Below are positions 33,468 through 42,300 of a stretch of DNA of 61,257 nucleotides, in pieces. Numbering within the stretch: position 1 is the stretch's first letter; every line of letters starts with the position of its first letter. Below the pieces are notes generated by a model. That model was not told the origin of the DNA. It made no database searches and saw nothing but the letters and a program-made list of their open reading frames with translations. The stretch is from a virus: the IMG/VR virus record IMGVR_UViG_3300016476_000533, positions 1 to 61,257 of that record, one strand, 5' to 3'. Made by a program: the position numbers and the translations under genes.

Positions 33468-34454
33468 TCCGGGCGCATATTCCAGCCTCAGAACCTCCCG
33501 CGACCGAGCCTCAAGCAGCCGATGATCGACGCCGGCATCGAGGCCATGAAGGCGGGCGTCGAGCACTACGCCTACGACGACGTGATGGAGTTGTGCTCCA
33601 GCGCGGTTCGCGGCGCGATTGTGGCGGCTCCGGGGCATAAACTTGTCATCGCCGACCTGTCCAACATCGAGGGGCGGATGCTGGCCTGGCTCGCGGGCGA
33701 GGACTGGAAGCTGGAGGCGTTCCGCGATTTTGACCGCGGCATCGGGCACGACATCTACAAGATCATGGCGGGCAGCGTGCTGGGGAAAGACCCGAAAGAC
33801 GTAACGAAGGACGAGCGGCAGATCAGCGGAAAAATTCCCGAACTCGCGTGCGGATTCCAGGGATCGGTCGGAGCCTTCGCTGCGATGGGCGCGGCGTACG
33901 GCGTTAGCCTGCCAGAGGACAAGGCCCTCGCCATCGTCAAGGCTTGGCGGTCAAAGAACCCGAACATAGCGAAGTTGTGGTATGACTGCGAGCGCGCCGC
34001 GCGCAACGCCATCCGAAATCCGGGCGAGGTCTATCGAGCCGGGCGTCTGGCGTTCCGGCGAATGGGCGGGTGGCTGCGTATGCGCCTGCCGTCGGGCCGC
34101 TATCTCTGCTACTTCCAGCCCGAAGTCGATGACGACGGGCGGCTGTCCTACATGGGCCAGAACCAATACACCCGTAAGTGGGAGAGGCTGAACACTTACG
34201 GCGGGAAGTTCACGGAGCAATCAACGCAGGCCGCTTCCCGCGACATCCTGGCCGCTGGCCTCAAGGCGGCGGAGGCCGAGGGCTACAACCCTGTCCTGCA
34301 CGTTCACGACGAGATCATCTGCGAGACGCCGGACGATCCGTCGTTCAGCGCAGACGGGCTGGCGGCGCTGATGAGCCGCGGCACGCAGTGGTCGGTTGGC
34401 CTCCCGCTTGCAGCGGCGGGCTTCGAGACGTATCGCTATCGGAAGGATGATTGA
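33396..34454 (+). CDS. Family-A DNA polymerase, C-terminal fragment (24-aa split-intein C half plus 328-aa extein)
   Basis: GTG after a GGGAGA RBS. VRTYDIINAGPKNRFMAYGRIVSN|SGRIFQPQNLPR. Motifs A (VIADLSNIEGR), B (RQISGKIPELACGFQGS), C (HVHDEI). Confidence 0.8.
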   Translation: MRTYDIINAGPKNRFMAYGRIVSNSGRIFQPQNLPRPSLKQPMIDAGIEAMKAGVEHYAYDDVMELCSSAVRGAIVAAPGHKLVIADLSNIEGRMLAWLAGEDWKLEAFRDFDRGIGHDIYKIMAGSVLGKDPKDVTKDERQISGKIPELACGFQGSVGAFAAMGAAYGVSLPEDKALAIVKAWRSKNPNIAKLWYDCERAARNAIRNPGEVYRAGRLAFRRMGGWLRMRLPSGRYLCYFQPEVDDDGRLSYMGQNQYTRKWERLNTYGGKFTEQSTQAASRDILAAGLKAAEAEGYNPVLHVHDEIICETPDDPSFSADGLAALMSRGTQWSVGLPLAAAGFETYRYRKDD

Positions 34455-34783
34455 TGACTGTTATTATGATGCCGCGAACCGCTGGGCTTGGGATCGGGGG
34501 TTTTACATCCTACGGGGTCAAGAAGTTGAAAAACGGGAAGTATCGCGTGGGAAATGGCACCATTTCGCTCATGAAAGAGATGGACCTGTGGGACGACCTC
34601 GGAACGCGGCTGTGGGCGCTTGAGGCTTTGGCTGCGCGACATACGAAAGGAAGGACTAGCCGTGTGGATCCCCTGCACCTCGCCGCCCAAGACCGACAAG
34701 CCGATCCGCGTCCGGTTCAGGAGCGGGACGGAGACGCTGGTCTATCGCCCGGTGAGCGACTGGTGGTGGGGCAAGGCGACTGA
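34454..34783 (+). CDS. Uncertain ORF in a lower-GC islet; its 3' third overlaps the better-supported 34662..34856 gene
   Basis: Moderate GC3 only up to about 34660; the tail reads like out-of-frame sequence. Confidence 0.25.
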   Translation: MTVIMMPRTAGLGIGGFTSYGVKKLKNGKYRVGNGTISLMKEMDLWDDLGTRLWALEALAARHTKGRTSRVDPLHLAAQDRQADPRPVQERDGDAGLSPGERLVVGQGD

Positions 34784-34856
34784 GCGAGAGTTCGGCGAGG
34801 GGTGGCGGTCCAAGCTGCCTCTTGAGATCGTGGCTTATGAGGAGATGGGCGAATGA
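34662..34856 (+). CDS. Hypothetical protein (64 aa, GTG start)
   Basis: AAGGAAGGACTAGCC-GTG context; very high GC3. Confidence 0.55.
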   Translation: MWIPCTSPPKTDKPIRVRFRSGTETLVYRPVSDWWWGKATEREFGEGWRSKLPLEIVAYEEMGE

Positions 34857-35245
34857 GCGGGGTCGGAGGTCGCGGGCGGCTTACTAAAAAAGACGTTGTG
34901 ACCAGTTTGGCGATCAACTCGTGGATTCACGGCGACAAGGTCGTGTGGAAACGGGTGCGTCTGCGGTGGGTTGATATGCGAGGGTTCAACCTCAAAAGAG
35001 CGGACCTGCGCGGCGCCGATTTGCGTAATGCTGATCTGCAAGGGGCGAAATTGAAAAAAGCCGCGCTTTCGTATGCGAAATTAGTGGGCGCGGACCTGAA
35101 AGGTGCGGACCTGACGCACGCGAGCCTTGTTGACGCCAGCCTTAGGAACGCGGACTTGAAAGGTGCAAATGTGTGGGGTGCGCGCCTGTCAGGCGCCGTA
35201 CTTACCGGCGCAAGACTTGATATCGTCATGGCCGCACCCGAATGA
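34853..35245 (+). CDS. Pentapeptide-repeat protein (130 aa)
   Basis: RADLRGADLRNADLQGAKLKKAALSYAKLVGADLKGADLTHASLVDASLRNADLKGANVWGARLSGAVLTGARL. Confidence 0.85.
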   Translation: MSGVGGRGRLTKKDVVTSLAINSWIHGDKVVWKRVRLRWVDMRGFNLKRADLRGADLRNADLQGAKLKKAALSYAKLVGADLKGADLTHASLVDASLRNADLKGANVWGARLSGAVLTGARLDIVMAAPE

Positions 35246-35538
35246 CCCCCGAGGGCAAGGTCGAAGCCTACCTCAAGAAGCGCGTGGCCGAGACCGGCGG
35301 GCGCCAGCGCAAACTGCAATGGATCGGCCGGCGCGGCGCCCCTGACCGCTTCGTGTGGTGGCCCGGCCCCGACTTGCACTTCGTTGAGGTCAAGCGGCCC
35401 GGCGGCAGGATCCACCCGCTACAAGTCCTTGAGATGGAACGCCTGCGCGACGACGGGTTCAACGTGCATGTCGTGAGCAGCGAGGAGGAAGTGGACGCCT
35501 TCATCGAGCAGGTTACGTCAGGCTTGACCGACGGATAA
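35242..35538 (+). CDS. VRR-NUC domain nuclease
   Basis: GAPDRFVWWPGPDLHFVEVKRPGGRIHPLQ (D...ExK core). Confidence 0.75.
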   Translation: MTPEGKVEAYLKKRVAETGGRQRKLQWIGRRGAPDRFVWWPGPDLHFVEVKRPGGRIHPLQVLEMERLRDDGFNVHVVSSEEEVDAFIEQVTSGLTDG

Positions 35539-35558
35539 ACGTGTGGCTTATGGGGCTC

Positions 35559-36068
35559 ATGTTTACCTGGACCCCCGACAACACCGAAACACTCGTGCGC
35601 ATGAGGGCTGAAGGCCACAGCGCCGCTGAGATCGCCCGCACCGTGGGCACGACGCGACATGCCGTGCTGGGCAAGGCGTGGCGCATGGGCCTCGCCAACC
35701 CGGTGCGGGCCAAGGAGAACATGTCGCTGGTGTGCAAGGCCGCCGCCAAGGCCCTCAAGCCGAGGATCCCCAAGGCCCCCAAGCCCGAGAAGCCGATCAT
35801 CGTGAGGCGCGAGCCGCCTCACCCGCCGACGTACAAGCCCAAGGAGGTGAGTGCCGTGGATGAGTCGCTTATGCGCCCGTGGATCGAGCGCCAGTTCGGC
35901 CAATGCGCCTTCCCCATCGTGCGGGGAGAAGTCACCTACTCGTGCTGCGCCTGCACCCAAGGGCACAAGTCCTACTGCCCGGAGCATCGGCGCATCATGT
36001 ATCAACCGGGTGGGCTTGCAAAGCCCAAGGCCCTTCACCTCAAGACGGACGGGAGACACCTGCCATGA
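35559..36068 (+). CDS. gcrA: GcrA-like cell-cycle regulator homologue
   Basis: MFTWTPDNTETLVRMRAEGHSAAEIARTVGTTRHAVLGKAWRMGL ... CAFPI ... YCPEHRRIMYQP. The ORF track starts at GTG 35541. Confidence 0.8.
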   Translation: MFTWTPDNTETLVRMRAEGHSAAEIARTVGTTRHAVLGKAWRMGLANPVRAKENMSLVCKAAAKALKPRIPKAPKPEKPIIVRREPPHPPTYKPKEVSAVDESLMRPWIERQFGQCAFPIVRGEVTYSCCACTQGHKSYCPEHRRIMYQPGGLAKPKALHLKTDGRHLP

Positions 36069-36331
36069 CGATGTCGGAACTGGCGGACACCTTCAACCTT
36101 CGACCCCGCGAGGCGTCGGCGCTGGCCTACATGCTCGACAACGAGAGCTATGTGAGCCTGCGCTCGCTGGCCACGGCGATTGGCCTGAGCATCGAGGCTG
36201 ACGACTGGAGCGACACGCACAACAACCTCAGCGTCATCATCCACAACCTGCGCAAGAAGCTGCCGCCCAACTCGGTCATCAACCGCCGCGGCTACGGGTT
36301 CAAGGCTGACCGCGACGTGGTGTTCGGCTGA
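36065..36331 (+). CDS. OmpR/PhoB-type winged-helix DNA-binding protein (88 aa)
   Basis: LSVIIHNLRKKLPPNSVINRRGYGFKA; ATGA overlap with the gcrA-like stop. Confidence 0.55.
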   Translation: MTMSELADTFNLRPREASALAYMLDNESYVSLRSLATAIGLSIEADDWSDTHNNLSVIIHNLRKKLPPNSVINRRGYGFKADRDVVFG

Positions 36332-37965
36332 TGCGCTACCTGTCCCTGTTCAGCGGCATCGAGGCGGCCAGCGTGGCGTGGAAGTCGCTGGGCTGGGAGT
36401 GCGCAGCGGTGGCCGAGATCGAGCCGTTCCCCTGCGCGGTGCTGGCGCATCACTACCCCGACGTGCCCAACCTCGGCGACGTGAGCCGGATCGGGCCGGA
36501 GGAAATCGCGGCGCTGGGCCGCATAGACCTTGTGGTGTTTGGCTCGCCCTGCCAGGACCTGAGCGTGGCGGGCAAGAGGAAAGGACTGGCTGGTGAGCGA
36601 AGCGGATTGTTCCACGTCGCCATGGACATCGTGCGATGGGCGCGAGAGTTCAGCGGGTGCCGATGGGCCTTGTGGGAGAACGTGCCCGGAGCCTTCTCAA
36701 GCAACAAGGGAAGAGACTTTGCGGCAGTGGTTGAGCAGATGGCAGGTCTGGACGACTGCCCAGTCCCACCCAAGGGCTGGGGGACGGAAGGCGCAGCCGT
36801 CGGCGACGAAGCAATGGTCGAGTGGGCCGTACTCGACGCGCAATGGTTCGGAGTGGCGCAGAGGCGCCGTCGCGTGTTCGCTCTCGCAGACTTTGGAGAC
36901 TGGGCCAATCGGCCCCCGGTTCTTCTTGAGCCCCAAAGCCTGCGAGGGGATACTGCGCCGAGCCGAACGCCGGGGCAAGGAATTGCCGCCGATGCTGCTC
37001 CAAGCCTTACGGCAAGTGGCCGAGGGGTAGAGCGCACGGGCGAAAGCCGAGGGCAGGATCCTGTGGTGGCGTGGCCTGCTGAGATTGCCAGCACGCTGAC
37101 CTTTGATTTTCAGGCGTCCGGCGTGTACGGTGAATCGCCTGTGGCCGCGACGTTGTCCGCTCGGGACTACAAGAGCGCGAAAGACCTAGCGGTAGATGTC
37201 CCTCACCCCATCACCCTAGCCGAGCGTGGCCGGGACGGCGGGGTGTCACTGGAGTGGCGGCAGGACGGCACGTCCAACACGATACTGACGCCGAGCGGCG
37301 GGCGAGGCGGGACGGGCGTGGGGGCGGTGGCCGTCTGCGCCACCGGCGAGGTGTTCCACGCCCTCACATCCGAGGGCTTCGACGCGAGCGAGGACGGCAC
37401 GGGGCGTGGTGGTGGTGCGATTGCCATTCAGGAACGTGCGGTGAGCGAAAACCCCGATGCCGGACCTGGCGGGAAGGGTTGGAGAGACGACGGCGCCGCC
37501 TACACGCTTGAGGCCCGGACAGTGCCGCAAGCTGTTGCCTGGTCAATCATGCCGCAGAACAGCGGGCGGGACTACAAGGCCCGCGCCGTGGATGTCGCCC
37601 AGCCGCTCATGGCCGGTCGCACGGGGGCTGGAGGCAATCAGGGCGGCGACATTATCCAGACTGTTGCCTTCCATGCCAACGCTCAAGCCGACCAACTGCC
37701 CTCCGCGAGCCGTGACACGAGCGTAACCGACAGCCTGACCTGCTCTCAGTCCGCCGCAGTCGCCACCACCATGCAGGTCCGTCGCCTGACGCCGGTCGAG
37801 TGTGCCCGATTGCAGGGCTTCCCTGACGATTATCTGGACATCCTCTACCGCAACAAGCCCGCCGCTGACGGTCCCCGCTACAAGGCCCTCGGGAACAGTT
37901 TTGCGGTTCCCGTGGTCCGCTGGATCGGGCAGCGGATCGACCTCGCCGTCTCTGACCTCGTATGA
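36331..37965 (+). CDS. dcm: DNA (cytosine-5) methyltransferase with an unusually long variable region
   Basis: LFSGIEA (I), GSPCQDLS (IV), ENVPG (VI), RRLTPVECARLQGFPDDY and LGNSFAVPV (IX/X). Confidence 0.9.
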   Translation: MRYLSLFSGIEAASVAWKSLGWECAAVAEIEPFPCAVLAHHYPDVPNLGDVSRIGPEEIAALGRIDLVVFGSPCQDLSVAGKRKGLAGERSGLFHVAMDIVRWAREFSGCRWALWENVPGAFSSNKGRDFAAVVEQMAGLDDCPVPPKGWGTEGAAVGDEAMVEWAVLDAQWFGVAQRRRRVFALADFGDWANRPPVLLEPQSLRGDTAPSRTPGQGIAADAAPSLTASGRGVERTGESRGQDPVVAWPAEIASTLTFDFQASGVYGESPVAATLSARDYKSAKDLAVDVPHPITLAERGRDGGVSLEWRQDGTSNTILTPSGGRGGTGVGAVAVCATGEVFHALTSEGFDASEDGTGRGGGAIAIQERAVSENPDAGPGGKGWRDDGAAYTLEARTVPQAVAWSIMPQNSGRDYKARAVDVAQPLMAGRTGAGGNQGGDIIQTVAFHANAQADQLPSASRDTSVTDSLTCSQSAAVATTMQVRRLTPVECARLQGFPDDYLDILYRNKPAADGPRYKALGNSFAVPVVRWIGQRIDLAVSDLV

Positions 37966-39326
37966 CCCTCACCTTCACGCCCCACGACTACCAGCGCGAG
38001 GCCCTCGACCACCTCTACGACCTGCCCCGCAGCGTCCTGTGGATGCCGATGGGCGGGGGCAAGACGGTGACGGTGCTGACCGCCCTGATGACGCTGGACC
38101 TCGTGGACGACGTGTTCCCGGTGCTGGTCCTCGCGCCAAAGCGGGTGGCGATCACCACATGGCCGCAGGAAGTGGCGAAATGGGCTCATACAGCGGCCTT
38201 GCGCGTGTCGCCGGTAGTCGGGACCGCAAAGCAGCGGGAAGCCGCCCTGCGGGCTCCTGCTGACGTCTACACGATGAGTTACGACAACCTCCCTTGGCTC
38301 GTCGCTCACTGCGGCGAGGGTTGGCCGTTCAAGACCGTGGTGGCCGACGAGCTTACCCGCCTGAAGTCCTATCGCACCCGGCAGGGCGGATCGCGGGCCA
38401 AGGCGCTCGCCAAGGTGGCGCACAGCAAGGTGCAGCGGTTCATCGGCCTGACGGGCACGCCGGCGCCCAACGGCCTGAAGGACTTGTGGGGGCAGGTCTG
38501 GTTCGTGGACAAGGGCGCGCGCCTCGGCAAGACGTTCTCGGCCTTCACCATGCGCTGGTTCACCAAGGGCTGGGACGGGTTCAGCCTCCAGCCTCTGGCC
38601 CATGCGCAGAAGGACATCGAGGAGCGGCTGGCGGACATCTGCCTGACGGTGAAGGGCCTCGACGTGGACGAGCCGATCCGCAACACGATTGAGGTCGAGT
38701 TGCCGAGGGAGGCGAGGCGCATCTACCGCGACCTGGAGCGCGACATGTGGGCGCAGATCGGCAAGGTCGGGATCGAGGCGGCGAACGCCGCGGTGCGCAC
38801 CAGCAAGTGCCTACAGTTGTCGAACGGCGCGGTCTACGTGGACGAGGACGGCAACTGGGAAGAAGTCCACCGCGAGAAGATCGACGCGCTCAAGAGCGTG
38901 GTGGAGGAGGCCAACGGGATGCCGGTGCTGGTCGCCTATAACTTCGTGAGCGACCTGAAGCGCATACTGGACGCCGTGCCGGGCTCACGGCATCTGGACG
39001 ACAACCCCAAGACCATTGACGACTGGAACGCCGGGAAGATCCCCGTGCTGGTCGCCCACCCCGCGTCCGCAGGCCATGGCCTAAACCTCCAGCACGGCGG
39101 CAACATCCTCGCGTTCTTCGGCCTGAACTGGAACCTTGAGGAACACGACCAGATCATCGAGCGGATCGGCCCGCAGCGCCAGAAGCAGGCGGGCTACGAC
39201 CGACCCGTGTTCATCCACTACATCGTCGCCAAGGACACGATGGACCCCGTAGTGCTGGACCGCCTCGTCAACAAGCGCAGCGTTCAGGACGTGCTGCTTG
39301 AGGCTATGAAGCGTCGGGCAGATTAG
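37962..39326 (+). CDS. SNF2-family helicase
   Basis: DYQREA...MGGGKT, VVADELTRLKS, LTGTPAPNGLKDLW, C-terminal helicase domain HPASAGHGLNLQ. Confidence 0.85.
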   Translation: MTLTFTPHDYQREALDHLYDLPRSVLWMPMGGGKTVTVLTALMTLDLVDDVFPVLVLAPKRVAITTWPQEVAKWAHTAALRVSPVVGTAKQREAALRAPADVYTMSYDNLPWLVAHCGEGWPFKTVVADELTRLKSYRTRQGGSRAKALAKVAHSKVQRFIGLTGTPAPNGLKDLWGQVWFVDKGARLGKTFSAFTMRWFTKGWDGFSLQPLAHAQKDIEERLADICLTVKGLDVDEPIRNTIEVELPREARRIYRDLERDMWAQIGKVGIEAANAAVRTSKCLQLSNGAVYVDEDGNWEEVHREKIDALKSVVEEANGMPVLVAYNFVSDLKRILDAVPGSRHLDDNPKTIDDWNAGKIPVLVAHPASAGHGLNLQHGGNILAFFGLNWNLEEHDQIIERIGPQRQKQAGYDRPVFIHYIVAKDTMDPVVLDRLVNKRSVQDVLLEAMKRRAD

Positions 39327-42300
39327 CCAGGATCAGGGAAGAACACGGTCTGTCCGAGGCGGATGCCCTTGCTCGGGTCAGAGGCCCACGACGGGGTGGT
39401 GTAGCCCTCGGACTCCATGAGCGCGGGCGCGAGGAAATGCGTGGCGCCGTTGGTCGGGTCGGGTGCGTCGCCGCTCTTGATCGCTTGGACGAGTTGCTCG
39501 GCTTGCCGGAACCTGTCCGAGTCCATGAGCGCCATCAGTTTCTCGGGACTGTTCCTGAAGGCGTCGAACTCCCCGCCGAGCAGCACTTCGTAGAGGCTCT
39601 GGCCGTAACGATCCGGGCGCTTCAGGCGGTTGAGCAGGACGTGACCGACCGCGAGCATCTCTTGCGGATCGGGACTGGCCTCGGCCACGATGCCGAGCGC
39701 CGCGATCTGATCGGGAGACAGGCTCGTGGCGAACTGCGCCGTGGCCGGAGGAACCTTCGGCGACGGGGTGAAGTCCTCCGGGGGCGGAGCGTTGAACGAA
39801 GCGGGCGTCTCTTGAGCGACCAGCTGTTCTTTAGTCGTCGGCTCGGCGGCAGGCTCCATAGACACGGCTTCAGGTTGCACGGCCTGAACCGTCTGGACCG
39901 TAGCCTGAACGCCGAGTTGGCGACCGACGTTGGCGTAGAAGGCGCGGGCGCGGTTCATGGCCAGTTCAGCGGTTTTCTTGCCGACCTGCTTTTCAAGCTG
40001 CGCGGCGACGGCCTGAGAGCGCGAGGGGTCAAGCAGCGCGTCCGCGACTTCCAGGGCCTCGTCGCGGCTAAGGCCCTGAGCAGTCAGCGCTCGGCTGATG
40101 CTGTTCAGCGCGGTGCTGAAGAACCTCATCTTCTGACCGGTAGGCGAACTTTCAACCGCAACACCCTGCGGCGCGATGTCCATCCCCTCTTGGCCTGCGA
40201 TGGAGCCGGAGCGCGCGGCGGCCTTGGCCGTGCCGCCGAGGTCCAGTCCGCGAGCCATGACGGCGGACGCCGCCTTGGCGGTGACGATGACCTCGTCGGC
40301 CTCAGCGTCACCCAGCAGGGCGCGAAGGTTGGATTGGGCGTAGCGGTTCGTAGCGAGGCTGTTGATCGCACCGATGGATCCGGCCACGTCCTTCAGCATA
40401 TCGCGCACGGCGCCACGCACCCCGACGCGGGCCATGTTCTTGTCCTCGGGCGTAGCGCCGGTGAGCCTGCGCGAGAAGTCCTCCGGCGTAGAGGACAGGA
40501 ACGATTGGCCGAGTTCCGTTGACGCCACGCGACGGGTGAACCGCTCCATGCCAGTCGTCAGGTCCGACTTGGCTTCGGCCTCCCTGCGGGCGGCTTCCTG
40601 CAACATGGTCTCGGCTTTGCGGATGTCGCCGCGGGCCGCCTTGACGACCTCCTCCGCGCCAGGCGGTACGAGGATGTTCGCCAGTTCCGGGTTGTTCCTG
40701 ACCCATGTGTCGAAGGCGTTGCCGAAGGTCGGCTTGCCGACATCCTTGCTAAGGGCGCGCTCAAAGACTTCTGTGCGAATCGACGTCCACTCCGGGCTGT
40801 CTGCACCAAGTTCGTCGCGCAGAGCCCTGAAGTTTGAAACCGCCTTGCCGGTTTGCGCGGGCAGGTTGGCATTGCGGCCGAGCAGCAGGCCGCCGAAGCC
40901 TTCCTCGTCGGACTTCTCCAGCAGGCCGCCAAGGAACGAGGGGCGGAACTTGCCATCCTCGAACACGCCTTCCCACTTGGCCCCGTAGGCTCGGCGGGCG
41001 TCAATGGCCTTGCGCGCCGCATCGGAAATCGGGCTGTCGCGCATCTCGCCGAGGATCGTGTCGATCTCGTGCTTCATGTCGGCGAGCGCCTTGGCGTCCG
41101 CGCCTGTGGCGCCGGACTGGTTCTCGGCGATGAGTTGCCGCACGCCGAGCAGGTTCAGGAGCGACGGCTCCTCAACGTTGAGTTGGGCCAGCGCGCTCTC
41201 GGCGCCGGGGATGTTGGTGCGCTCGGTCTTTCGGCGCAGCGCCTTGGCCGCGTCGTTGAGCCGCATGGCGTAGTCTTGCGCCTGTTCGGGCGAAAGAGGC
41301 TCGTCGCCGAGAGCATCCAGTTCGTCGTAGGCTGCGCGGTAGGTCGCCTCGTCAGCAGCGCGCTTGGCCTCAAGGCTGGTAGACGCGCGCTGCCCCGCCT
41401 CCCCGCGAGTGACTTCCGGCACGACGCCTTTGGGGGCGGTCTCCACAGCGGCTGTGCGCTGCGCCTCGGCGGCTTCGCGCTCGGCCTGCGTGACGCCGTA
41501 ACGCTCGGCCAACTCGCGCTTGATGCGGTCGGCCTCGTCCTTGACGAAGGCGGGCGTCAGGTCGGTGTCACCAGGCATGACGTCATAGGCCAGACGCTCG
41601 CCGACGGCGGGCGCCCTATCAACGACGCGCTGCCCTTCGGCTTCCAGCCGAGCGGCGGCGTCGGGGTTGATGCGCGCCACGTCGCCGACGATACGGGCCA
41701 GTGCGCCCTCGGGCATCACCATGGCGGGGGTGGGCTTTTCGCCGATGCGCAGGGCGCCTTGCGTAAGTTCATCGGAGGCGGCGCGCGGCTGGCTGAACTC
41801 GCTGAGTGTGCGGGTGAGCGCGTCGCTCTCCTTGCCGAACAGCGCGTCGCCAAGACGGTTCTGCTTTGAGGTCAGGGCGCCACCGCCGGCGGCGATACCG
41901 ACCCGGCCAAGGTCCAGCGGCTTGCCCTCGTAGGCTTGCGTGGCTGCCTCAAGTCCGCCACCGAGCGCGGCGGATCCCACGAGTTGGCGAAGGCTGCGGA
42001 GGTTCGGGCGGCCCGTGGCAAGGCTCGGCGCCATCTCCCCCGCGAAGGCGGCGTAGGGCTGCGCGGCAACGTCCGCCAGACGCTGCTGTTCGATGCGCGC
42101 CTTGAACTCGGGGAACTGCTCCAGAACCTTCTCTTGACCAAAGGCCCCGAGGATAGAACCCCCGATGCCGCCGATTATGGCCCCGGCGGGAACTGTGATC
42201 GGGGCGAGCGGGCCGCCCATGAGGCCGAGCGCGGCCCCCGCACCCGCGCCGGCAATACCGCCGGCAGTCGGACCTGTAGCCCGACCAGCACCCCGAACGA

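Noticed and set aside
35268-36059. 263-aa minus-strand ORF
   Set aside because: Antisense to the clearly recognisable GcrA-like gene.
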